Shown piece by piece: positions 25,476 through 37,158 of a stretch of 64,000 bases of DNA (positions within the stretch are counted from its first letter, which is position 1; every line of letters begins with the position of its first letter). A program made the position numbers and the translations under genes. The DNA lies in contig NC_058368.1 in NCBI RefSeq assembly GCF_018350175.1, forward strand, positions 2,666,001 to 2,730,000. The letters are read 5' to 3'. The notes beneath the pieces were generated by a model that saw only the letters and a list, made by a program, of their open reading frames with translations, made no database searches and had not been told where the DNA came from. Source of the stretch: Felis catus (lineage: Eukaryota).

Positions 25476-27188
25476 TTGTATATATCTTCTACCTAGAGGA
25501 GAGCAAGCATCGTCAATGTATCTAATGGCTTCAAATGTTTCTAATGAGCCAGAGGAGAGAAGATGCTGGAGCAGCATGGAGGTCCTCAGCTTGTCTCGTC
25601 CCTTAAGTGCAGCTGCATAGGACACCTAGGAAATTGATCCGAGGATGAACACAACAATCTGCACAACTTGGGCCACAGAACTCAGCAGGTACGCAGTGAG
25701 GAGAGGGGAACTGGGGGAGAGAAAAGCCGTGAAGGGTAGGGAGCTGCTTCTGTGGAGAGAAGACAGAAAGGGGGAGAGTGTGGTGCGTCAGGATGGGGCA
25801 AGCAAAGCACTCTCCCAAAAGTAGCTGGAGAGAAAGAGAGAGGAAGAGTGAAAACACTCGCAGGGGACTGAGCAAGAAATCTGTTCTCCAAAACCACTGG
25901 TGGGAGGAAAGGAGAGGGTTTCAAGACCACCGGGATTCTGTAAACGGTGGAGTGCAGGGTCTGAAGTTTTGGAGCTCAGTGCCTGGCGGTGTTCTGGTGA
26001 GAAATTAAGGTGAATCCCCAGGTGCAGGGAGAGGGGCTCGAGGGGTCCATGTGCCACACGGGGAGAAGTGGCTCCCCTGCCTGAAGAACATTTGGTAGGG
26101 GCCATATGGCCTCCCCACAGGCAAGGGTCCCAGCGAGCCCCAGAAAGCTGTCACATTGCTGGTATTGGGACAGAGACTCCAGGGTGTGGTAAAATCTGGC
26201 GCTGGCTGTGTGTTGTGATTTGCCACAATCTCTGAACCTCTGCCATCATGCAATCACATGAACGTTTTCTGGGGCAAGCCAGCACCCGGCCATTGCTCAG
26301 CAAGCCCCTACCCCAGAGAGTTGGCACAGGTCCAAGCCGCAGGGGTCTCTGAAGTGAGGGGTTTTGTCTGAGATAAAACTGAGATAAAACTCCGGAGGGA
26401 GCTTCTGCCTGACAGACAGACTTCCTGGAAAAGGACAGGGTGGGAGGTGGGGAGTGGACAGAGGCCTGAGACAAAAGAGGGGTGCTTGATAGAGGGTTGG
26501 TGAGAACACGGAGTTCCTATTCCAGAGATTAGGGAGCTGGGTAAAGCCATTGCCACGTGTCCCGAACACATGCCTGAGGGCACATGCACTCACGCACCAC
26601 ATGGATCCACCCCAATAAGCCAAACAGCGCCACCTAGGGAAGAGCGGAGCCTTTACACCAAGTCCCTCCCAGCTACACCCTCCAAGCAGATCCCCTAGAA
26701 GACAAGCACAAGTCTCTCCACCTGCTTAGTGTTTGGACATAGAGTGCTACATAGTTTCAGTTCTAGAGGAAACTGGATGAAACTTCATTTGGGTTTCATT
26801 ATGTTTGCTGGTTCATTTATTAGCTTGGTTTTTTTGCTTCTGCTTTTGCTTGCATTGTTTTTCCCCCTTTCTTTTCTTTTTCTTGGATACAGAAGAGAAA
26901 ATTTTGTTTTTCTCTTCTTTTTTTTAAATTAAAAAAATTTTAATTAGGTTTTTATTTAAAAAAATTTTTTTATTTCTATTTCACTTTATTTCATTTTATT
27001 CTATTTTACTATATACTTTTTCAATTTTAAAATGTTTTCTTACCTCCCCCCCCCCTTTTGCTATTCTATCAAGCTTCTTTCAACAAGCACACCAAAACAC
27101 ACCTAGGACCTAGCTTCCTTTATTTGATTTTTTCTTTTGTTTTTCATTTTTTCATTTTTATTTTATTAATTTTTTTTCTTCCTCCAAG

Positions 27189-28070
27189 ATGACAAAGCAA
27201 AGGAATTCATTCCCCCTCCCTCCCCAAAACAAGAACAGGAATAAATGACAGTCAGGGCCTTAATCAACACAGGTATAAGCAAGATGTCTGAACCAGGATT
27301 TAGAACCATGATAATAAGAATATTAGCTGGGGTTGAAAAGAGCATAGAAGCCCTTTCTGTGTAGATAAAAGAAGTAAAATCTAGTCAGGATGAAATTTAA
27401 AATGCTGAGATGTAATCTTGAATGGATGCCACAATGGCAAAGATGGACAAAGCAGAACAGTGAATCAGTAATATGGAAGACAAAATCATGGAGAATAATG
27501 AAGCAGAAAAAAAGAGGGAAACAAAGACAAAAGAGCACAATGCAACACTTAGACAACTGCTTGACATATTAAAAAGGAATAACATCCAAATCATAGGAGT
27601 CCCAGAAGATGAAGAGACAGAAAAAGGGGCAGAAGGTTTATGTGAGCAAATTAAAGTGGAAAACTTTCCTAATCTGGGGAAGGACACAGGACCTCAAAAT
27701 CCAAGCACAGAGAGCTACCATTAGACAACAAAAACCGACCACCAACAAGGCATATCACAGTCAAATTCACAAAATACACAGACAAGGAAAGAATAATGGA
27801 AGCAACAAAGGAAAAAAGTCCTTAATCTATAAGGGAAGACAGATCAGGTTTGTAGTAGACCTATCCACAGAAACTTGGCAGGTCAGAAAGGAGTGTCAGG
27901 ATATATTCAATGTGCTGAATCAGAAAAATATTCAACCAAGAATTCTTTATCCAGCCAGGCTGCCATTCAAAATAGAAGGAGACATAAAGAGTTTTGCAGA
28001 CAAACAATAACTAAAGGAGTTCATGACCACTAAACCAGCCTTGCAAGAAATTTTAAAGGGGACTCTTTAA
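27189..28070 (+). pseudogene. L1 ORF1p remnant (frameshifted)
   Basis: ATG at 27189; peptides LKRNNIQIIGVPE...ENFPNLGK and IRFVVDLSTETWQVRKECQDIFNVL...QPRILYPARL in different frames. Confidence 0.92.
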
Positions 28071-28169
28071 GTGGAGAAAAGACAAAACAAAACAAAAAAG
28101 ATGAAAAGCGACAAAGACTAAAAAGGACCAGAGAACATCACCAGAAACACCAACTCTGCAGGCAACACA

Positions 28170-31100
28170 GTGGCACTAAATTCATATCTTTCATTGCTCA
28201 TTCTAAATGTCAGTGGACTAAACGCTCCAGTCAAAAGACATAGGGTATAAGAATGGATAAGAAAACAAGACCCATATATATGCTGCTTACAAGAGACTCA
28301 TTTTAGACCTAAAGACACCTGCAGATTGAAAGTAATGGGATGGAGAACCATCTATCATGCTAATGGTCATGAAAAGAAAGCTGGAGCAGCCATACTTATA
28401 TATATCAGACAAACTTGATTTTAAAATAAAGACTGTAACAAGAGATGAAGAAGGGCATTATATCACAGTTAAGGGGTCTATCCACCAAACATATCTAACA
28501 ATTGTAAATATTTATGCCCCCAATATGAACACCCAAATATAAAAATCAATTCATCACAAACATAAAAAAACTTATTGATAATAATACCATAATAATATGG
28601 GACTTCAACACCCCACTTGCAACAATGTACAGACCATCTATGCAGAAAGTTAACAAGGAAACAACGGCTTTGAATGACACACTGGACTGGATGGACTTAA
28701 CAGATGTATTCAGAACATTCCTCTTAAAGCAGTAGAATACACATTCTTCTCGAGTGCACATGGAACATTCTCCAGAGTAGATCATATACTGGGACACCAA
28801 TCAGCCCTCAAAAAGTACAAAAAGATTGAGATCACACCTTGCATATTTTCAGGCCACAACATCATGAAACTAGAAATCAACCACAAGAAAAAATTTGGAA
28901 AGACCATGAATACTTGGGGATTAAAAGACATCCTACTAAAGAATGAATGGATTAACCAAAAAATTAAAGAGAAAATTAAAAAGTACATGGAAGCCAATGA
29001 AAATAAAAACACAACAGCCCAAAACCTCTGGGATGTAGCAAAGAGAGAAGTGTATGGCAATCTAGGCCTTCCTAAAGAAGAAGGTTGTCTCAAATACACA
29101 ACCTAACCTTACACCTAAAAGAGATGGAAATAGAACAGCAAATAAAGCCAAAAACCAGCAGAAGGGAAATAATAAAGATTAGAGTAGGAATCAATGATAT
29201 CAAACAACAACAACAACAACAACAACAGAACAGATCAATGAAACCAGGAGCTGGTTCTTGGAAAGAATTAACAAAATTGATAAACTCCTAGCCAGAGTGG
29301 TCAAAAGAAAGAGGAAAGGACCCAAATAAATAAAACCATGAATTAAAGAGGGTTGATGGGGAGTGGGGGGCAGGGAAAGTGGGTGATGGGCATTGAGGAG
29401 GGCACCTGTTGGGATGAGCACTGGGTGTTGTATGGAAACCAGTTTGACAATAAATTTCACAAATAATAATAATAATAAAAGAGGAGAGATCACAACCAAC
29501 ACCACAGAAATACACACAATAATAAGAGACTATCACGAACAATTAAATGCCAGTGAATTGGGCAATCTGGAAGAAATGGACAAATTACTAGAAACATATA
29601 AACTATCAAAACTGAAACAGGAAGAAATAGAAAATTTGATCAGACAAATGATCAGGAAATAAATTGGGTCAATAATCAAAAATCTCCCAACAAACAAGAG
29701 TCCAGGGCTGGATGGCTTTCCTGGGGAATTCTACCAAATATTTAAAGAAGAGTCAACACCTACTCTTTTGAAGTGGTTCCAAAAAATGGAAATGGAAGGA
29801 AAACCTCCAGACCCATTCTTTGAGACTAGCATTACTTTGATTCCAAAACCAGAAAAAGACCCCACTGAAGAGGAAAACTACAGACCAATTTCCCTGATGA
29901 ACATAAATGCAAAAATTCTCAACAAGATACTAGCAAACCGGATACATTAAAAGAATTATTCACAATGATCAAGGGCTGGTTCAATATCCCAAATCAATCA
30001 ATGTGATACATCACATTGATAAAAGAAAGGATAAGAAACACATGACCTCTCAATAGATGCAGAGAAAGCATTTGACAAAATACAGCATCCTTTCTTGATA
30101 AAAACCCTCAAGAAAGTGGGGATAGAAGGGTCATACCTCAAGATAATAAAAGCCATATATGAAAGACCCACCACTAATATCATCATCAATGGGGACAAAC
30201 AGAGAGCTTTCCCCCTAAGGTCAGGAACACGACAAGTATGTCCACTTTCACCACTGTTATTCAGCATTGTGTTGGATGTCCTGGCCTCAACAGAAAACAC
30301 AAAGAAATAAAAAGCATCCAAGTCTGCAAGAAGGAAGTTAAACATTCATTCTTCACAGATGACATGATACTCTATATGGGAAACCCGAAACACTTCACCA
30401 ACACTGTTAGAACTGATCCAGGAATTCAGCAAAGTCGTGGGACATAAAATCAATGTACAGAAATTGGTTGCATTTCTATACACCAATAATGAAGCTGCAG
30501 AAAGAGAAATCAAGGAATCGATCCCATTTATAATTGCACCAAAACCCATAAAATACCTAGGAATAAACCTAACCAAAGAGGTGAAAAATATGCACACTGA
30601 AAACTATAGAAGACAGAAAAACATGGAAAAGCATCCCATGCTCATGGATTGGAAGAACAAATATTGTTAAAATGTCAATACTACCCAAAGTAATCCACAC
30701 ATTCAATGCAATCCCAATCAAAATTGCACCAGCATTCTTCTCAAAGCTAGAACAAACAATCCTAAACTTTGTATGGAACCAGAAAAGACCCTGAATAGAC
30801 CAAGAAATCCTGAAAAAGAAAACCAAAGCAGGAGGCATCACAATTCTGGACTTCAAGTTGTATTACAAAGCTGTAACCATCAAGACAGTATGGTATTGGC
30901 ACAAAAACAGACACATAGATTAACGGAGCAGAATAGAGAACCCAGAAATAGACCCACAAATGTATGATCAACTAATATTTGACAAAGCAGGAAAGAATAT
31001 CCAATGGGAAAAAGACAGCCTCTTCAGCAAATGGTGCTGGGAAAACTGGACAGCGACATGCAGAAGAATGAACCTGGACCACTTTCTTACACCATACACA

Positions 31101-32045
31101 AAAATAAACTCAAAATGGGTGAAAGACCTATGTGTAAGACAGGAAACCATCAAAATCCTAGAGGAGAAAACAGGCAACTACCTCTTTGACCTCAGCCACA
31201 GAAACTTCTCACTTGACGTATCTCTGGAGGCAAGGGAAACAAAGGCAAAAATGAACTATTGGGACCTCATCAAGATAAAAAACTTCTGCACACTGAGGGA
31301 AACAATCAGCAAAACTAAAAGGTAACTGATGGAATTGGAGAAGATATTTGCAAATGACATATCGAATAAAGGGTTAGTATCCAAAATCTATAAAGAACTT
31401 ATCAAACCCAACACCCCCCAAAAACAAAGAATCCAATGAAGAAAAGGGCAAAAGACATGAATAGACACTTCTCCAAAGAAGACATCCATATGGCTAACAG
31501 ACACATGAAAAGATGCTCAACATCCCTCATCATCAGGGAAATACAAATCAAAACCACAATGAGATACCATCTCACACCTGTCAGAATGGCTAAAATTAAC
31601 AACTCAGGCAACAACAGATGTTGGCGAGAATGCAGAGAAAGAGGAACCCTTTTGCACTGCTGGTGGGAATGTAAACTTTCCAGTCACTCTGGAAAACAGT
31701 TTGGGGGTTCCTCAAAATATTAAAAATTTAACTACCCTACGACCCAGCAATTGCACTACTAGGTATTTATCCAAAGGGTATGGGAGTGCTGTTTAGGAGG
31801 GGGACATGCACCCTAATGTTTATGGCAGCACTATTGACAATAGCCAAATTATGGAAAGAGCCCAAATGTCCACTGACAGATGAATGGATAAAGAAGATGT
31901 GGTATGTATACACAATGGAATATTACTCGGTGGTTAGAAAGAATGAAATGTTGCCATTTTCAACAACACGGGTGGAACTAGAGGGTATTATGCTAAGCTA
32001 AATAAGTCAGAAAAAGACAAATGTCATATGACTTCACTCATATGA
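28170..32045 (+). pseudogene. L1 ORF2p remnant (endonuclease, reverse transcriptase, Cys-rich C terminus), many stops and frameshifts
   Basis: Endonuclease (IVNIYAPN), RT ([30 protein letters not shown] in place of FADD), C-terminal [18 protein letters not shown]; expected start reads GTG. Confidence 0.95.
29352..29477 (+). mobile_element. ~125-bp 5'-truncated felid L1 3' end nested inside the older L1 ORF2
   Basis: L1 3' UTR sequence with AATAAA and (AAT)n tail, flanked by aaagagg at 29345-29351 and 29478-29484; ORF2 is continuous once it is removed. Confidence 0.9.
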
Positions 32046-35000
32046 GGAATTTAAGATACAAAACAGATGAGCATAAGGGAAAGGAAGCAAAAATAACATA
32101 AAAACAGAGAGGGAGACAAACCATAAGAGGCTCTTAAATACAGAGAATAAACTGAGGGTTGTTGGAGGGGTGTTGGCGGGGGGATGAGCTAAATGGGCAA
32201 GGGGCATTAAGGAGGACACTTGTTGGGGTGAGCACTGGTGTTATATGTAAGTGATGAAGCACTGAATCCTATTCCTGAAGTCATTATTACACTACATGTC
32301 AACTAATTTGGATTTAAATTAAAAAAAATAAAGTGAAATGAGTTTGAAAAAAAAGTCTCTTGTCTACTCAGCAAATGAGTATTTGCTGTTTAAATGACAG
32401 TTTAATGGGAAATCCTTTTAAAAAATGGACTCAGTGTTGTGATAGTTTCAAAACTAATGAATATTATAATTTTAGCTCCGTTTTTGTCCAATACATAGAA
32501 TGTAAAGGTATGATTGTCATCTAAGATAAATGGAAATTGCCATCCATATCTTTAGAATGGTCTCTTGTGGGTTCGATAAATATTGCAGCTCCTCACGGAA
32601 AGTGATGGAATCCTGGTACCAAGGGTCAAGGCTAACAAAGTATCATGAGCTTTTCCTGTATTAGTGAGAAACTAGTGAAAGGCCCTAAGTAGTGAAGAGA
32701 TTATTGTTGATGTCCAGTCTTCCATGCATTCCAAACTTCTAAGTTCCATCTATCATTTTTTCTATGACTTAAAAAATATTCAAGTGTAACATTATTTCAA
32801 AAATTATTGTTTCGATGTTTGGGTACCAGTACCTTGCCTTGATATGTGTTCAGAGTGCTACTGAAATGTACTCATGGGTCATGGTGAAGGGCGACATAAA
32901 ATAAAGCCATGGTGAGGACGGACATTCTTATAGACTAGCCGTACTGGATTGGAGACGAGCCATTAGATACTTGTGCACTTAGGCAGGTATTGTAAACTAT
33001 TGGGCAGATATAGAGCATAGCTTAGCTCCTGGCCCATTCTTAGTTTCGTATCCATATAACATTTTTCTACTTAGGAATGTTGATAAGTCAAGGAATAATG
33101 CCAATATTTACAAAGTGCACACATGATCATATCTATATCCAGAAATGTCTCTGAATGTTATAAATCTTCAAATGAGGGTTACACAAATTTGGAAGAACGG
33201 GTCTTCTGCCCGAGTGTGTTTTTTCACTGTGCAGTAGAGATGATTTGTTCTGCCTTTCCCTTTGTGTTGCAAGCAGGGTTTTCCAAAGTTTTGTTCCAAT
33301 CTTCATGCTTTTTCACTCCTTCAGAATAGGTTTTCTTATTTTTTTTTGCATAACATTATAAAGTTGTAAAATCCCAATGGCGAAAATAAAATCATCGCTT
33401 GAAAGAAGTAAAAACTTCTCCCGATGAATGACTACGCTGGTAGAGAATGTGGAAAAACATTGTGTTCAGTTTCTAGTTTAAAAAAAAATCATTCTTTAAC
33501 ACGATGTCGTGCAGTTCTGCCACACACATAGGAATCTACTATGGACCAAATAATGTTTTTTTGAGATTAGCTACAGTAAAGGCCTTTTATGAAATTATTA
33601 AGAAGACTGACCTTAAGTGAATACCTCGTTTGTTAGGTGGGCAACAATCTTATTTCAGAATGTGAAAGTGAGTAAGAATTCCACTATATGGCAAGGTCAC
33701 TGTTTCCGAATCTCTCAATTTAATATAATTTGAGGCCGATGAGAATGTAACCTCTAAAGTAACACGTGACATTTTAGAATGTAGTTAAGTGCGTTAAATC
33801 AGAAGAGTGTTTTAGCATATTTATGGAATCGCTTGCTCCCTAGTAAAGTCAGTATCTCAGAGATTTGCCTTGAATTTTATTTTGTATTTTCACATGTTAT
33901 GAAGTAGCTTAGTAAAGTTTGAGAAGAAAAAGTTAATTTAGTTATAAAGTTACGCCAAGATGGAAAACATACTTTGATTCAATATGAAAAATAGCCAAAA
34001 TCCTTTTCAGTGTGTTTGCATAGCAAAAATAGCTGGTGCTATGAGTTTCATTTTTGCCAAAATTGTGACATTCATCAAGGAAGAAAATGGGGCATATGAA
34101 CCATTTATGTGCATGAATTTTTGCTCCAAATTGTGAGGTAGTTTGGTGAAGGCCACTAGGGATCTTTCTTCCTCCAGCCGAGATTTTGAATTCTCTTGGT
34201 GCTGTGTTCTACAAAAAAATGACTCTTTAACATGACTGTCTTGAATTTGGAGAAGTTGAGATCTTTTGGCTTTGGATGCTGATTATTTTTTTTTCTCTTT
34301 TTATCTGTAGTGGATTTATTTAGATACTGTGTTTATCATGTTGATTTTAGACTTTTTTTCTGTGCCTTTTATGGGAAAGGCAATCTCTACAGTTATGTCA
34401 ACAAACCACATGGTTTATGGAATAAAGATATTTTCTTGTTCTTATTTGCTAGTTGATTTCTAATGATTTCTGCAGAGCCATGAAATGATTATTAATGCAA
34501 CCTGTAATATACTAAATTAAGTATATATTTTCAAGAAGCCGTGTCTTAGGGAGTATGGTGACTTTGTCTGGCCCCCTTTGGACCCTTGGGCTTTGCCAGC
34601 GATTTTCAACAGTGTCCTCCTGGCTCAGGAATCTCTCTTAATAATGCTTACACACATTCTTTAACTCAGGATTTTATAATGATGACAAAAACCACACTAT
34701 GACCAAGAACCGTATACTGTTTATAAACATTTCTCTCCAGTGTACAGACAATCATAAAAACTACATCTGCAAATGGTGGGCACGAGAGTCAACATTGAGA
34801 CCATTCTTTTTAAGGAATTTGTGAACTCTTAGTCAAGAAGCTGTTCTTGTCCTGGGCTTTCTCAGAAGGTCTCTTCTTTCTGCATATGTTAAAGCCTTTC
34901 CTGTCCCCTACTTTTTCCATCCCACCTCTTCGGCATTGGGATGGTCAGCCCCTTGTGTTGGGGCAGTTCTTAAACATTTGTCAAATGCCTGGTAGGTGTC

Positions 35001-35859
35001 AGGTGCCGTGTGAGGCTGGAAGTGGCGGATGGAACAGGGTCCCCGTCCTCCAGAAGCTCCAGCTGGTGGGAGCAGATACCTGGGGATCCTCTAACTGCAC
35101 GGTGGTGACATTGCCACCACAGGGCTGAACGTGGAGATCGCGGGACAGAGATAAGTGAGGGAGCTGGGGTGTTGGGGAGCTATTACAGCAGGCCAAGCAA
35201 ATCCTACCCACAAGAGGGAGGCTGTAATGGTGGTTTTCAGCTTTACATCATATTGGAAGAAGTCCGTGCTTTTGAGTTTGTAAACTGAGACATAAATGAT
35301 AGCTTTGTCAAATAACTCATAAAAAGAACTAAAGCTAACAAATATAAACTAATATTCTAGGGGGATGCATGCTAGGGTGACAGTTATTACCAGTTTACCG
35401 CACTTTGTCTTTGCGACCCTATAACTACTTCGTAAAACCATCGCTTCTGCGGTATCTTTAGAAGGCCATTTCTAAATAGCCTAAATAGAGGCTGCTTGCC
35501 TCTAAAACCAACTTTTCACTGACGTATGTACTTTAAATACTTTAAATTTAGGATATTTCTGAAAGCATTTAAACCACAAGGATTAAATCAAAATAGGGAA
35601 GTTGCTTCCTGCTCGTGTCATTGGGCAACCTCTCAAAGAAAGCCCATAAGGCCCAACTATTTGTAAGCAGATTTTTTTTTTAAAGGTGTCGATGAGTAGT
35701 TTGAGTGTATGTGAGTAGATAAGAGGGCAAGGCTACACACAATTACTGCGTTATCCTAAGAGTGACTACCAGGTGATAACTTTAGAATCTTTAAGCTCCT
35801 TTTCTGGCTTATGAGCTGATTGGGAAGTTATACTGGTTGTTTATTCCTTTGTTTTTCAG

Positions 35860-36209
35860 GTCTAAAAAAACAAACCAAGCCAAAACAGAACACAACACAA
35901 CAGAATCCCCAGTCCCCACATCCAGCCCTGACTTTGGATGGAAAAAGAAAAACAAAACTCTTCCCCATCATGTTTCCCAGATACGGTTGGTTTTTGCCTG
36001 AATGTCTGCCTGTGGTCCCAGAGGATCTTCAGTTCAGTATTCTGAAAACATACATGTTAAACGTTTGTGCCAAAATGGATTTGAACCATGTGGACTGGTG
36101 TGAAAATACCCACAATTCCCTCATCTGTATTAGGTTCTTCTATTGTTTTTGTCGATTCTTTACCATTACGCCACGGCGTTTTGGCCACACAGAGTGTGCC
36201 GGTCTTTAG
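35860..36209 (+). other. Candidate alternative or terminal exon of a + strand host gene (tentatively FTO intron 8; unverified recollection)
   Basis: Pyrimidine-rich tract ttgtttattcctttgtttttcag|G; one frame open to TGA at 36001, another to TAG at 36209; non-repetitive; AATAAA at 36709-36714. Confidence 0.4.
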
Positions 36210-37113
36210 ATGGTTGTTGTGTTAGACACTCTCATCTCTTGCGTTGCTTTGGAAGAATATTTTCTAATTTCTATGGAGCCGCTTATAGAGTTCCACATCT
36301 TTCTGTCCCAATAGAGAGGGCTTCATAGCTTCATTGCAATATTTCATACCCATCTATTTTATTTGGTGTGTTATTGAACTTAAAAAAAAATGCTCCTAGT
36401 TTCTGCTGTCACTGGTTTTAGCTATTTGGATCAAATCTTATTCTGATCTCCTGGTTGATTTTTTTCCATGAGGGACACAACACATAAGCCTCATAAATGA
36501 CCCTTACCAGAATATAATCCAGTGTTTTTAGGTAATTGTAAGTGTTTTTCACCTTTAAATGATTAATGGGGAAACACATATGAGATTTCACTTCTTGAAA
36601 ACACTGACTTTGATTAACAGCTAACGTTTATTCAGTCTGTTGGTTGCTAACTCTGAGTGGAACAACTACAGACCCAATATCTGATAGTTTTTCAAATTCA
36701 AAAAAGGAAATAAAAGCAAATTAAACTAACTGAATGCCTAGCGACAAACAGATTTTATCCAAGTAACCAGGTAGATATGCAGAAGCCGGATTCGGGAAGG
36801 ACACAGTCTGGGGACAGCTGTGTCAGAGTGCGGGGCTGCTGGCTGCAGTCATTGGTGGTGACAGAGCTTGCGGCTCAGCCCTCCCTGCTCGCTGCCTCAG
36901 TGACTGTGGCCACATCACATAAATCTGCCCGTGTCCTTTGCTGTCAAATGGGAAAAATAGTCCTTCATGTGAGGATTCGATGAGGTGGCATTTGGATGCT
37001 GACACATGCCTGGCAGAAGGAATCTGTCCTCCCCTGAGATGGCACAGCCCTGAATTGTTTCTCTCTGGGAGCTCTCACTACTTTTTTACCACAAGGTAAA
37101 AAAGTACCTTTCG

Positions 37114-37158
37114 TATTCAATATTCAATATTCAATATTCAATATTCAATATTCAATAT
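37114..37158 (+). repeat. (TATTCAA)6 heptamer tandem repeat
   Basis: Six perfect units plus tat. Confidence 0.95.

Larger units (their letters stand above)
25551..32335 (+). mobile_element. Near full-length inactivated carnivore L1 (~6.8 kb)
   Basis: GC-rich 5' UTR starting agaggagagaagatg, ORF1 and ORF2 remnants in order, 3' UTR with G-rich tract, AATAAA at 32327-32332; no clear TSD. Confidence 0.95.

Noticed and set aside
28170..32045. Reverse transcriptase and endonuclease ORF fragments as a novel RT system or active L1
   Set aside because: Ordinary L1 ORF2 broken into many frames, with FADD changed to FTDD and an internal insertion
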